Source: Candidatus Hydrogenedentota bacterium
GTDB lineage: Bacteria; Hydrogenedentota; Hydrogenedentia; Hydrogenedentales; CAILVY01
Direction: 5' to 3'
NCBI GenBank assembly: GCA_029565395.1
Contig: JAKQOG010000290.1
Location: 24,035 to 88,034, forward strand
DNA: 64,000 bases
In this document: piece by piece, positions 12,029 to 22,067 of the stretch
Layout of the letters: each line of letters opens with the position of its first letter
Position numbering within the stretch: position 1 is the first letter of the stretch
The notes under the pieces: model-generated
The model's database searches: none
What the model was told of the DNA's origin: nothing
The model's input: only the letters and a program-made list of their open reading frames with translations
Program-made: the position numbers and the translations under genes

Positions 12029-12985
12029 ATGCATTTTAACGGACTGGGTGACAAGGAGCTTTCGTTTGCCATGCTCGGCATGGTGGAGGGCAACGGACAT
12101 CCCTATTCATGGAGCGCCATTTTTAATGGCTATGACCCGGACGCCATGGCGGTCTGTCCCTATCCTGTAATCCCGGTGTATCTGGGACAGCAGCCGAAAG
12201 AAGCCTTGGGTATCCCCCGCGCGCGGGTAACCCACATTTGGACTGATGATCCCCAAGATGCGCCAAAAGTAGCCAAAGCCTCTCTAATTCCCAATGTCGT
12301 GGAGCGGCCAGAGGACGTCATCGATCATGTGGACGCCGTGATCATCGCCACGGATATTGGCAGCGAACATGTAGAACGATGCCACCCTTTCGTCGAGGCA
12401 AAACTGCCCATTTTCGTGGACAAGCCGCTCGTGGACAACGTAAATGATCTGCGCATCTTTCAGCAATGGATTTTGGATGGACATCCGATTCTCAGCGGAA
12501 GCGCGCTCACCTACTCCCGGGAATTCCAACCGTATCACGGTTCTACTCCGGAATTAGGCGAGTTACGTTTCATCTCCATCACCACACCAAAGTCCTGGGA
12601 ACGTTATGGCATTCATGCGCTCTCCGCCATCTATCCCATTCTCGGCCCCGGATTTCTCTCCGCCCAAAATACAGGAACCAAAGACCATGCCGTCGTACAC
12701 TTTGAACATACAATGGGCGCGGAGGTGATTGTGGCGGCCATTAATGACATGTACGGCGGTTTCGGATGTCTTCAATTGTGCGGGACAAAAGGAAACGCTT
12801 CAACCGTCTTCCAGGACACCTTCTACGCCTTCAAAGCCCAGTTGGTGGATTTTGTCAAGTATCTTCGCACGGGCATTCCCCCCTTTCCCTTCAGCGAGAC
12901 GGAGGAACTTATGAAAATGGTTATTGCAGGCCTCTGGAGCCGGGATCAGGGGGGGCGAAAAATCGCTCTTTCTGACGTCCAATAA
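12029..12985 (+). CDS. Putative NAD(P)-binding oxidoreductase (Gfo/Idh/MocA-like); start is 2 nt after the preceding stop
   Basis: Rossmann-like N-terminus (ELSFAMLGMVEGNGHPYSWSAIFNGYD...VDAVIIATDIGSEHVE...LPIFVDKPL) typical of the Gfo/Idh/MocA family; same strand and nearly contiguous with the upstream glycan genes. Confidence 0.5.
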   Translation: MHFNGLGDKELSFAMLGMVEGNGHPYSWSAIFNGYDPDAMAVCPYPVIPVYLGQQPKEALGIPRARVTHIWTDDPQDAPKVAKASLIPNVVERPEDVIDHVDAVIIATDIGSEHVERCHPFVEAKLPIFVDKPLVDNVNDLRIFQQWILDGHPILSGSALTYSREFQPYHGSTPELGELRFISITTPKSWERYGIHALSAIYPILGPGFLSAQNTGTKDHAVVHFEHTMGAEVIVAAINDMYGGFGCLQLCGTKGNASTVFQDTFYAFKAQLVDFVKYLRTGIPPFPFSETEELMKMVIAGLWSRDQGGRKIALSDVQ

Positions 12986-13084
12986 AAAGTAGACGCAGGG
13001 GCTGTGTATTCGGTACAATGCCGTTTGCTTTTTTCTGTTTTTTCGGGAGAGCCAATGATTTAACAACACAAGGACAAGCGGACC

Positions 13085-14449
13085 ATGCACAATTACAACA
13101 TCCTTCTCGAAGCGGACAAGATGCCGGACATGTGGTATAACATCATGCCCGATATGCCGGTGCCTATGTCTCCACCTTTGCACCCAGCCACGCATAAACC
13201 GGTGTCACCGGATGATCTTGCCGCACTGTTTCCGCCGGGACTGATTGAACAGGAAGCTTCCATTCAACAGTTCATTTCCATTCCGGGCGATATCATGGAC
13301 GCTTACCGCCTGTGGCGTCCCACTCCGTTGCGGCGCGCCTTCCGCCTGGAGAAAGCGTTAAACACCCCGGCGAAGATTTTTTACAAGAACGAGAGTGTAA
13401 GCCCTTCGGGAAGCCATAAGCTGAACACATCGGTGGCGCAAGCCTACTACAACAAGATTTCAGGCATCAACGAACTTACCACGGAAACCGGCGCGGGGCA
13501 ATGGGGCACGGCACTATCCATTGCGTGCAGCATGTACAACATGAAATGCACGGTGTACATGGTGCGCGTAAGCTTCAATCAAAAACCCTACCGGCGCGGC
13601 CTGATGCAGACCTATGGCGCCACCGTGCTTCCCAGCCCGAGCGACACCACCGATTTCGGCAAAAAGATCCTTGCGGAAATGCCGGACACCACAGGCAGCC
13701 TGGGCATCGCGATTTCCGAAGCAATCGAAGTGGCGGCGAAAAGCGGCGGCTCTATCAAATACAGCCTGGGCAGCGTCTTGAACCACGTTTTATTGCATCA
13801 GACCATCATTGGCGAAGAAGCCAAGCTCCAGCTCGAAAGCGTGGGCGAATACCCGGACATCGTGATAGGTTGCGTGGGGGGCGGTTCCAATTTCGCCGGG
13901 ATTTCATTCCCATTCGTACATGACAAGCTCAAGAAGGGTAAAGACATTGACGTCATCGGCGTGGAGCCCACCGCCTGCCCGACCATGACGCGCGGCGCGT
14001 ATGCCTATGACTTTGGCGACACGGCTGGCATGACACCGCTCCTGCTGCAATACACGCTTGGCCATAACTTTGTCCCGCCGGGCATCCATGCAGGTGGCCT
14101 TCGGTATCACGGCTTGGCGGCACAGGTGGCGCATCTATTAAAGCACAACGTGATTCGTTCCGTGGCCGTGCTGCAGAATCCGGTGTTCGAGGCCAACCTG
14201 CTCTTCGCCAAATGCGAGGGCATTATCCCCGCGCCGGAATCCGGCCACGCGGTGAAAGTGGCTATCGACGAAGCCATCAGATGCCGCGAAGCGGGTCAGG
14301 AAAAGACCATTCTGTTCAATCTAAGCGGACATGGCCATTTCGATATGACCGCGTACGACGCATACCTGAATGGAAAATTGGAAGACTATGAGCTGAGCGA
14401 TGACATTCTCAAGCAAGGGCTCACCTGCCTTCCGGACATTAAAGCATAA
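13085..14449 (+). CDS. trpB: TrpB2-type tryptophan synthase beta-subunit-like PLP enzyme
   Basis: Long TrpB2-type N-terminal extension; PLP-lysine block [12 protein letters not shown]; glycine-rich loop [11 protein letters not shown]; 454 aa as for TrpB2. Confidence 0.8.
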   Translation: MHNYNILLEADKMPDMWYNIMPDMPVPMSPPLHPATHKPVSPDDLAALFPPGLIEQEASIQQFISIPGDIMDAYRLWRPTPLRRAFRLEKALNTPAKIFYKNESVSPSGSHKLNTSVAQAYYNKISGINELTTETGAGQWGTALSIACSMYNMKCTVYMVRVSFNQKPYRRGLMQTYGATVLPSPSDTTDFGKKILAEMPDTTGSLGIAISEAIEVAAKSGGSIKYSLGSVLNHVLLHQTIIGEEAKLQLESVGEYPDIVIGCVGGGSNFAGISFPFVHDKLKKGKDIDVIGVEPTACPTMTRGAYAYDFGDTAGMTPLLLQYTLGHNFVPPGIHAGGLRYHGLAAQVAHLLKHNVIRSVAVLQNPVFEANLLFAKCEGIIPAPESGHAVKVAIDEAIRCREAGQEKTILFNLSGHGHFDMTAYDAYLNGKLEDYELSDDILKQGLTCLPDIKA

Positions 14450-14528
14450 CAGTGCTGTTCAGCGCCCGGCGGTTTTTACGATTGCCGGGCGCATTCTTTT
14501 TAAAAAACCGCAATTAAGGAACAATGCG

Positions 14529-15866
14529 ATGTTGTCCTTCTCACTAATTCTTTGCGCCAGCCTCTCTGCCCCTACGTTGGAAAATGCCTTGCCCATGCAT
14601 GCCACCGGTCCCTGGACCGTCGAAATTGGGCCGGGGAAGATTTCAACGAATACTCGGACAACGACCATTTCCAAACCGGTCTCTTTTACAATCTCACCGG
14701 CAGAACGCGTCTCCATAAAGGACGAAGAGATCCCCTCGCTCCCGGTATTCAATGAAAACACCGGCGGTTGGATAAAAGGGGCAAAACCGCTTCTCATCAC
14801 GACGCAAGAATGTACCGCCGCGGGAGCACTATACCCGGAAACCCTTCGCGTAAAGCCGGCGCCGGGCGATACACCTCCCTTCGTTTTGGACAAAGATTAC
14901 CGCATGGATCCGTTCTGGGGCACGGTGGGGCGAATCGAGGGCGGCGCCATCGCCGCCAACCAACAGGTCTATCTCGACTACGACTATGCGCCAAACCGCC
15001 TGGACAGCATTGTCAGCGATGAAAAAGGAAATCTCTCTCTAGTGAAAGGACAACCCGGCGTGGGTTCGCTGCCTCCTCCCGCACTGAACGAAAAACAACT
15101 AGCCGTGGCAAATATTTGGGTGCCCGGGAAAGCGGAACAATTAACCGAAGATCTTCTTTATCCCATCGACTTTGGCAAATCCATGCAAATGAGCGCCGCC
15201 TCGGATGTGGCCGAACGGCTGTTGCCGAAAACTCTGGCCAAATTACGTTCAGGAGATCCCCTGGTCTATGTGGCATGGGGCGACAGCGTCACCAACGGCG
15301 GGGGTGTGGACGGTGACGGATTTCAGTGGTATCAGCAGTTGTTTGTGAATCGCTTGAAGCAGCGTTTCCCGAAGGCGAATATCACTCTGAAAACAGCCGC
15401 TTGGCCCGGCGGCAACAGTGCGGGCTACATAAAAGCCCCCAAGGGCGGCACATATGACTACCAACGCGACGTACTGGATCCCAAGCCTGATCTGGTCACC
15501 ATCGAGTTCGTAAATGACGCCTACTTGGACGAAGCGGGCGTAAAAGAGCACTATGCCAAGATTTTGTCGGACCTGCGGGGTGTTGGCGCAGAGGTGGCGC
15601 TCATTACGCCCCATCTTGTGCGCCCGGATTGGATGAAAATCGACACGCTTAAATTCGACGAGGACCCGCGCCCTTATGTGAAGGGCTTGCGGCAGTTCGC
15701 GGCGGAAAATCACGTGGCGTTGGCCGACACAGCAAGGGAATGGTGCCGCCTCTGGCGCAGAGGCATCCCCTATACCACGCTGGAAGCCAATTCCATCAAT
15801 CACCCTGACCTCCGCGGACACACCCTCTTCGCGGAGGTGCTGATCGGAATGTTCCCCAAAAAATAA
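14529..15866 (+). CDS. Secreted two-domain protein: N-terminal domain of unknown function plus C-terminal SGNH/GDSL hydrolase
   Basis: RBS AAGGAA before ATG 14529 and signal peptide MLSFSLILCASLSAP (longest ORF from 14400 overlaps the trpB2 3' end). GDS block VYVAWGDSVTNGGG and C-terminal DxxH (HPDLRGH) of SGNH hydrolases. Confidence 0.7.
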   Translation: MLSFSLILCASLSAPTLENALPMHATGPWTVEIGPGKISTNTRTTTISKPVSFTISPAERVSIKDEEIPSLPVFNENTGGWIKGAKPLLITTQECTAAGALYPETLRVKPAPGDTPPFVLDKDYRMDPFWGTVGRIEGGAIAANQQVYLDYDYAPNRLDSIVSDEKGNLSLVKGQPGVGSLPPPALNEKQLAVANIWVPGKAEQLTEDLLYPIDFGKSMQMSAASDVAERLLPKTLAKLRSGDPLVYVAWGDSVTNGGGVDGDGFQWYQQLFVNRLKQRFPKANITLKTAAWPGGNSAGYIKAPKGGTYDYQRDVLDPKPDLVTIEFVNDAYLDEAGVKEHYAKILSDLRGVGAEVALITPHLVRPDWMKIDTLKFDEDPRPYVKGLRQFAAENHVALADTAREWCRLWRRGIPYTTLEANSINHPDLRGHTLFAEVLIGMFPKK

Positions 15867-15873
15867 ACCCGCT

Positions 15874-17319
15874 TCATTTAGGCTCCCGCAGCAAATGGTA
15901 TGCGTGCGTGATCAGTTCCTTGCGGGATACTTTAACGTCGGTAAACGGGTCATTCTCCGGCAGAGGAAGGAAATAGCGGGGGATCTTATACTTGGGCAGG
16001 TGGGGGGCAAGCGCATGCTGAAGGTCTTCCGGCATCAACTTGCGGCCTTCTTCAAGCCGGACAAACGCCACCGGCGTTGCCCCGAATTCCTCGTGCTCAA
16101 CAGGCACCACCACCGCCTGCAATACCCCCTCCTGCCGGCACAGGCAGGACTCAATCTCTTCGGGTTGGATATTTTCCCCGCCGGCAATAAACATGTTGTC
16201 TTTCCGGCCTATTACCTTCAGATAGCCGTTAAACTCCCAAGCCCCCAAATCGCGCGTGGCAAACCAGCCATCCTCCGTCAGGGTGCGGGAGATCTCATTG
16301 CCTTCCACATATCCCAAAAATAATGAATCGCCGCAGACCTGAATCTCTCCCTCCGGGGACAGCCGGACTGTGCCGGGCCGCAAAGGCTTCCCGACCGTCA
16401 GCAGCTTATTGATGGGATCACCGGGGCGGGTGGTGGTAGCTTGAGTCGCCATCTCGGTCAGGCCATAGGAACAGAAAATGTTTAATCCTTCCATGTGTGC
16501 CTTGCGTATCAGGGATTCCGGCAATGGCCCGCCCCCGAGCAAAATGCATTTCAGGGGCTTAAGCGCCGACCGTCCTTCCGGCGTTTGCAGGAGGCGGTAC
16601 AATTGCGTGGCCACCAGGGACACATGCGTGATTTCATATTTTCGGATAGCCTTCTCGATATTTTCATTGGAAGCGGGGAAAACCACCGACGCCCCCCCGA
16701 GCAAACAACGGAACAGAACGCCCAATCCCGCCACATGATACAGCGGCAGCGACATCAGCCAGCGGTCGCCCACGCCCAAAGGAATATTTTCATTAGACCA
16801 CATCGCATTGCGGTAGAAATTCCCATAGCTGAGCAATGCCGCCTTCGGAGGACCGGCACTCCCGGAAGTCAGCACAATAGCGGACGGACGTTCCAAATCC
16901 ACCGTGGCGTCGCCCACAGCGGAGACGAGCCGGTCATCCACCAAATCCCGCGGCGCCAGCGCATAGAGCCGCCCATACACCGTGGTGACGGATGCGCCAT
17001 ACGGCACAACCATGTTCCGGCAACGGATGCGCTCCAGGGTCTCTAACAAATACTGAGCGGGAAAACGCGTGTTCATGGGGCAGGCTATCGCCCCCATGCG
17101 GAACAGGGCCATCAACAAAATGGGATAGGGCGTCCCCGGCGGCAAGGCAATCGCGAGCAAATCCCCTTCACTCAGCCCCGCCTTGCGCAAGTTCGCCACC
17201 GCACCCGAGACATACTCATGATAGTCCCGGTAGGTGTAACTGCGGTGCGGCGCCAGGATCGCCGGCGCTTCCGGCATCCCTTGCGCCATTTCCTGCAATG
17301 GACACGCTAATTCACCCAC
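15874..17319 (-). CDS. AMP-dependent synthetase/ligase (acyl-CoA / o-succinylbenzoate-CoA ligase-like)
   Basis: AMP-binding motif LTSGSAGPPKAALLSYGNF, YGLTEMAT, and the conserved C-terminal domain; convergent with the SGNH gene, 7-bp gap. Confidence 0.8.
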   Translation of the reverse strand: MGELACPLQEMAQGMPEAPAILAPHRSYTYRDYHEYVSGAVANLRKAGLSEGDLLAIALPPGTPYPILLMALFRMGAIACPMNTRFPAQYLLETLERIRCRNMVVPYGASVTTVYGRLYALAPRDLVDDRLVSAVGDATVDLERPSAIVLTSGSAGPPKAALLSYGNFYRNAMWSNENIPLGVGDRWLMSLPLYHVAGLGVLFRCLLGGASVVFPASNENIEKAIRKYEITHVSLVATQLYRLLQTPEGRSALKPLKCILLGGGPLPESLIRKAHMEGLNIFCSYGLTEMATQATTTRPGDPINKLLTVGKPLRPGTVRLSPEGEIQVCGDSLFLGYVEGNEISRTLTEDGWFATRDLGAWEFNGYLKVIGRKDNMFIAGGENIQPEEIESCLCRQEGVLQAVVVPVEHEEFGATPVAFVRLEEGRKLMPEDLQHALAPHLPKYKIPRYFLPLPENDPFTDVKVSRKELITHAYHLLREPK

Positions 17320-17386
17320 AACGTCACTCCACAGACCTATAAAAATAAAAATCCACGCTGCTAAAAAATACTTCTCACGTATTCGT

Positions 17387-17863
17387 TCATCCGTTCCGCC
17401 ACAAACGGAAAGGATGTTTCGTCAAATGACTATTGAGGTACCTCGGGTCTCCGGATACCTCCTCGCCCAGCCACGGCGGCTTCACAAACGGCTCTTCTTC
17501 CTCCTGTAGTTCTACTTCCGCAACTATCAATCCTTCATTATGCCCATGAAACACATCAATTTCCCATTTGTGCCCTTCATGCATGACTATATACCTTGTC
17601 TTTTCAATAGGGCAACCTTCACACAACTCAGCCAACATGCATTGAGCGTCCCCCAACGGAATCGAATATTCATACTCATCCCGCACGATGCTCGCCACGC
17701 CCTTTTTTATCGTTAACACTGCCCGGTCATCCATAATACGCACCCGCACCGACACGGGCGGGCCGGCCGCCAAATACCCCTGGCTACACTCCATCCCGCA
17801 TGCACCGGATCGCCAGCGATCATCCTTCACGAGAAACTTGCGCTCAATTTCTTTTCCCATCAA
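17387..17863 (-). CDS. CYTH-domain protein (CyaB/thiamine-triphosphatase-like triphosphate tunnel metalloenzyme)
   Basis: N-terminal ExExK signature EIERKFLV and acidic C-terminal strand (VAEVELQEEEE) typical of the CYTH family; 158 aa. Confidence 0.75.
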   Translation of the reverse strand: MMGKEIERKFLVKDDRWRSGACGMECSQGYLAAGPPVSVRVRIMDDRAVLTIKKGVASIVRDEYEYSIPLGDAQCMLAELCEGCPIEKTRYIVMHEGHKWEIDVFHGHNEGLIVAEVELQEEEEPFVKPPWLGEEVSGDPRYLNSHLTKHPFRLWRNG

Positions 17864-18050
17864 AAACTCGCTTCTCCGTTTTCCTTGTCTTTATAACTCT
17901 ACCGCATTACGCAGGCAAAAATCTCCCTTTTGCACCCTGGTTTTTCCGATACAACTTTGACTTGTTCGGGCTTTTCGTGATATCTTTGTTTTTAACAGTT
18001 GCTCGCGCAAAAGACTTCATATAACTAATTCACGCATAGAAGGTGTTCGT

Positions 18051-19541
18051 ATGTTTATCGGCAGTCAATCAACAAGTACAATTCTGGACGTATTTCGAAC
18101 GGGTCTTCAAGAAGTGATCCGGCAATGCGGCACGCCCGCGGAAGTCAAATTTAAAACCAAAGGATGCGCCATCTCGGCCAAAGCGCCCGATCTAACCAAA
18201 CGGGTGGATTTTATGCAGGTGTCATTTCCGCTGAAGGAAGGCACGGACCCGGAACAGGTGAACCAGGCGATGCAAGCCACACAAATCAATGGCCGGATCA
18301 AAGTGGAGGATGGATCCTGCAAATTAATTGTTCCGCCATTTGAGTGGCGGCAGTTGAATCAGTTAATCCCCCTGGACCGGATTGTCGAGACCTATGCGCG
18401 CGAATCGTTGCGATCCCATACCTGGACCCTGGAGGTTCAGGAATACGTATCCGTGGGGTTCAATATCAACTACATGATTGAAACCATGCGAAAGCGAAAT
18501 GCCTCCGACTTGCATCTGCGCGCGGGAAACCGGCCGTTCATCCGCATTGACAACGATTTGGAACCCCTCGACCTGCCCCTTATCAGCGCGGAAGACATGC
18601 GCGAAATCATGGTGCAGTTGGGCGGCGAGAATGAATTGAACATTCTGGAAACAGAACGTGAATCCAGCTTCCAATTCCATGCCGCCGGGGTTGGCTACCT
18701 GCGGTGCAGCGGCTATATCAAGGCAGGCGCGACCGCGCTCGCTATCCGGTTAATTCCGGAAAGCCCGTTGCCGTTTGAAAAACTGAACATCCCCGATGTC
18801 GTGCGCCAGGTCTGCAACAGGCCCCGCGGTCTCTTTCTCGTCTGCGGTGTCACGGGATCAGGAAAAACCACCACCCTGGCTGCCATGATTGATTACATTA
18901 ACCAGAGCCGGAAAGCCCACGTCATCACAATCGAAGATCCCATCGAATATGTGTACACGGACAAACAGTGCATCATCTCCCAACGTCAGGTAGGTCGCGA
19001 CACACTTTCCTTCGCCAACGCACTGCGCGGATGCTTGCGCGAAGATCCGGACGTGATCCTCGTGGGGGAAATGCGCGACATCGACACCATCCGCGCAGGC
19101 CTGAGCGCCGCCGAAACCGGCCACTTGGTGTTCAGTACGCTGCATACCACGACCGCCGTGGACACCATCAACCGCATGATCAGCTATTTCCCCCAGGCCG
19201 AACGCGACCTGATCCGGCAGGAAATCGCCTATACCCTGCAAGGGGTCGTTTGCCAGCGGCTCCTCAAACGGGTCGGCGGCGGGCGCATTCCCTGCGTGGA
19301 GATTCTGCTGGGCGGGCGCCCGATTGTGCGCGACGCCATCCTCGACGGCGACCTGAGCAAATTGTATGGCATCATCGAAGTGGACGGAGACATGCGCAGC
19401 TTCGACCAGTATGCGGTGGAGTTATACCAGAAGGGATTGGTCACGAAAACAGAAGCTATCTCCGCTTGCGCGAATGAAGAAGGCTTCGAACGCGTTATTT
19501 CCGGCATCAAGTCATCCGAAGGCCGGAAGATCCTGAAATAA
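18051..19541 (+). CDS. PilT/PilU-like type IV pilus retraction ATPase family protein with an extra ~135-aa N-terminal domain
   Basis: Walker A GVTGSGKTTTLAAMI; PilT-like blocks ASDLHLRAGNRPFIRIDND, VITIEDPIEYVY, ILVGEMRD, and His box LVFSTLHT. The canonical PilT N-terminus begins near residue 140; residues 1-135 are unexplained. Confidence 0.8.
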   Translation: MFIGSQSTSTILDVFRTGLQEVIRQCGTPAEVKFKTKGCAISAKAPDLTKRVDFMQVSFPLKEGTDPEQVNQAMQATQINGRIKVEDGSCKLIVPPFEWRQLNQLIPLDRIVETYARESLRSHTWTLEVQEYVSVGFNINYMIETMRKRNASDLHLRAGNRPFIRIDNDLEPLDLPLISAEDMREIMVQLGGENELNILETERESSFQFHAAGVGYLRCSGYIKAGATALAIRLIPESPLPFEKLNIPDVVRQVCNRPRGLFLVCGVTGSGKTTTLAAMIDYINQSRKAHVITIEDPIEYVYTDKQCIISQRQVGRDTLSFANALRGCLREDPDVILVGEMRDIDTIRAGLSAAETGHLVFSTLHTTTAVDTINRMISYFPQAERDLIRQEIAYTLQGVVCQRLLKRVGGGRIPCVEILLGGRPIVRDAILDGDLSKLYGIIEVDGDMRSFDQYAVELYQKGLVTKTEAISACANEEGFERVISGIKSSEGRKILK

Positions 19542-19556
19542 TCCCCATTGTATCGC

Positions 19557-20975
19557 TCACCAATAGGTGTAGAAAAGCGCTTCCGTCAGCCAGCACTGGA
19601 AGGCCATGAAAATCAATGTGATCTTCATAGGGCCAAGCGTCTTTGCATAATTTCCCATTTCATCCAGAAGATGGGCCGCAGGCAGCGCGAGAAAGGGGAA
19701 GATGTACAACGCGGACCGTTCCCCTTCTCCCCGCCCCAGATACAGGATATTCAACACCAGCAAGGTGGCGGCGAAAAGCAAAAACCGGATTTTAGTCGCA
19801 GGTTCCGGTTTCCACAAACGCCAAAGGAATAACAGCGAAACGGGAATCCCCGCAAAGTAGAACCAGCTTAGCGGATTTAGGAAACGGTAGACCCATCCGG
19901 ATAACCGGGGCGTAATGGTGTCCAACTTGGCCTGATCCATGTCGAAATGGGTTTGGGCAACCTTAATGCATGATAGTACGTCAAATCCCGACCACCATCG
20001 TACTGCAAAATGCACAGCAATAAACATGATAAGCATGGCCGACGCCACACGGAACACCGCACGCCGGGTTTCCCGCTGGAACAATCCCCACAAGCCGATA
20101 AGGCAGAAATACACGCCAATGCCCAGCAGGGTGAACTTGAGCAGGGACATCAGCGCAAAACCAATCCCTGCCGCGGCTGCATATTTCAGGCTATTCCGTT
20201 TTAAGGCGCGATCAAATAGGAAGAGGGTGCTGATAGTGAACGGCATGAATAGAATTTCCGCGCTGGTGGCCGTAAACAATACGATGGACGGGATCAAAGC
20301 ATATACCATGCAACAGGTCCGGGCCGTACGCTCATTGGTCAGATCGCGGGACCAGTAATACAGCGGAATAATGGCCAGCGCACCCACCACCACCGTGGCA
20401 AGCGACAAGGCCAGCGCACCGCGTCCCACCAGATAGGATAAGAGCCACAACAACGCTATCGGCCCGGGAGGGGCCGCGCGTGCATGCAGGGAAAGATACG
20501 GCATCAGGTCGAGATACCGTTTGAACAGAGCACGGATCGTGGACCCTTTTCCGATATCGCCCACATATTCATACGTCTCGCGCTGATAGGCCTGAGATAT
20601 CCCCGTGAATCCATTGCGCAGCATCGCCACCGCACAGGAGAATAAAATACTGAACAAGATCACTCCTGCCAAAAACCGCAGGGGCGGGATGGGCCAAGGT
20701 TCCTCAAACCATTCCGTCCGGCGCAGCGTCACCTTCCATAACGCAAAAAAACAGAAAAAAACAGCGATGGAAATGAACCCATAGGTCCAAACAGTGTCTA
20801 AAGCAGGAGAAAACAAGGCATAAAAGGGCGTAGGATGGCCGTAGATGCTTTCAAAGCCCACAAGCCATGCCACGGCCATGGCCAGAAAATACCACAGCAA
20901 CGTTCGGATATAACACCCCAGCAAACCGGCCCCTGGGCGGTCTGAGGCATTTTTAATTAGGAAGGAGCATGTCAT
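19557..20975 (-). CDS. Polytopic integral membrane protein (10 or more TM), possibly a GT-C-type glycosyltransferase; function uncertain
   Basis: 472 aa, almost entirely hydrophobic helices with short loops; no soluble domain recognised. Confidence 0.5.
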   Translation of the reverse strand: MTCSFLIKNASDRPGAGLLGCYIRTLLWYFLAMAVAWLVGFESIYGHPTPFYALFSPALDTVWTYGFISIAVFFCFFALWKVTLRRTEWFEEPWPIPPLRFLAGVILFSILFSCAVAMLRNGFTGISQAYQRETYEYVGDIGKGSTIRALFKRYLDLMPYLSLHARAAPPGPIALLWLLSYLVGRGALALSLATVVVGALAIIPLYYWSRDLTNERTARTCCMVYALIPSIVLFTATSAEILFMPFTISTLFLFDRALKRNSLKYAAAAGIGFALMSLLKFTLLGIGVYFCLIGLWGLFQRETRRAVFRVASAMLIMFIAVHFAVRWWSGFDVLSCIKVAQTHFDMDQAKLDTITPRLSGWVYRFLNPLSWFYFAGIPVSLLFLWRLWKPEPATKIRFLLFAATLLVLNILYLGRGEGERSALYIFPFLALPAAHLLDEMGNYAKTLGPMKITLIFMAFQCWLTEALFYTYW

Positions 20976-21189
20976 GACTCGCTATTGTAGCGGCGAGACA
21001 AGATGGAATCCAACGGACCTCTTACGGAACCGTTTGCCCCGTTGAGGTATAGCTATAGGATGTGGACGGATCATTAAGCCAGCCCAACCTGATGGGAGTT
21101 TGGTACAATTAATGAGTAGAATGCAAAGAATGGAGGTGGGCGAGCGGCGTTTGATTTAACCGCTCCCGCTCCTTTACCATGAGAAGCCC

Positions 21190-22053
21190 ATGACACCAGC
21201 CGGGTCCATACGCCGAGGAAGGCATTTTTACAGCTCGCAGACATCTTTTTCGACTGATCTGCGGGTCTGGATCATTATTTCATTGATGATGCATATTGCA
21301 TTGGCGGGTGTCGGATATCGCTTTAATGAATGGTTAATCGCGAGTATTCCCGAAGCCATTACCATTCAACTCTTTGAAGCGGAAGGACCAGGGATGGGTG
21401 AACCCGCCGCCGGCCCCAAGACACCTCCGCCGAAACCTGAAGCACCCAAACCAGAGCCGCCGAAACCGGAACCCCCAAAACCAGAACCGCCCAAGCCCGA
21501 ACCGAAACCAGAACCTCCAAAGCCTGAACCGGTTCCTGAAGTCAAACCAGATCCAAAACCAGAGCCCAAGCCCGAACCGAAACCGGAGCCGAAACCTACG
21601 CCAAAGCCTTCACCGAAACCGGTGGCAAAACCCACGCCAAAACCGGAACCCAAGCCTTTACAGGTGGCAAGCAATACCCCTCCGCGCACCACTCCCGGGG
21701 GAGGGGCATTGACCGGCAAAAGCGGCGTAAGAACTCCGGGCGGCGGCAGCGGCATTCCCTCCGAATTGAGTCTGTGGGGCCGGCAGGTAGTCCGAAAAGT
21801 GGAAGAGCAATGGTTCTATCCCGAAGGCATAGACATCGATCCTGCGAACAACATGGCGGAAGTGATGTTCACAATAGACCGTAATGGAAATTTAACTGGC
21901 GAACCGGCTATTGTCAAAGAAGCGAATGATTCGCGTGTGGGACAATCCGGCTTGGAGGCTATCAAAGCGGCAGCCCCGTTTCCTCCTTTGCCGGAAACTT
22001 ACACGGGAGCCCAATTACAGATCATTTACAGTTTCACCATGGAACAACTTTAA
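21190..22053 (+). CDS. TonB/TolA-family energy-transducer protein (N-terminal TM anchor, Pro-rich PEPPKPEP linker, TonB_C-like C-terminal domain)
   Basis: TM helix, then about 100 aa of (P-E/K-P) repeats, then a C-terminal domain (YPEGIDIDPANNMAEVMFTIDRNGNLTG...AAAPFPPLP) typical of TonB/TolA C-termini; immediately upstream of tolB. Confidence 0.75.
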   Translation: MTPAGSIRRGRHFYSSQTSFSTDLRVWIIISLMMHIALAGVGYRFNEWLIASIPEAITIQLFEAEGPGMGEPAAGPKTPPPKPEAPKPEPPKPEPPKPEPPKPEPKPEPPKPEPVPEVKPDPKPEPKPEPKPEPKPTPKPSPKPVAKPTPKPEPKPLQVASNTPPRTTPGGGALTGKSGVRTPGGGSGIPSELSLWGRQVVRKVEEQWFYPEGIDIDPANNMAEVMFTIDRNGNLTGEPAIVKEANDSRVGQSGLEAIKAAAPFPPLPETYTGAQLQIIYSFTMEQL

Positions 22054-22067
22054 ACAAGGATGTAGTT

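Noticed and set aside
12986-13084. T-rich segment upstream of trpB2 as a possible attenuator or T-box
   Set aside because: Only ~100 nt, with no convincing hairpin-plus-U-tract or T-box specifier structure discernible.
14400-14528. Upstream extension of the SGNH-hydrolase ORF, overlapping the trpB2 3' end
   Set aside because: An RBS AAGGAA and a signal peptide begin at ATG 14529; the extension has no signal-peptide logic.
21366-21755. 129-aa Gly/Ser/Phe-rich ORF antisense to the TonB/TolA Pro-rich linker
   Set aside because: It is the mirror-image artefact of the (CCN-GAR-CCN) repeat; its composition (GFGSGFGSGLG) is a direct consequence.
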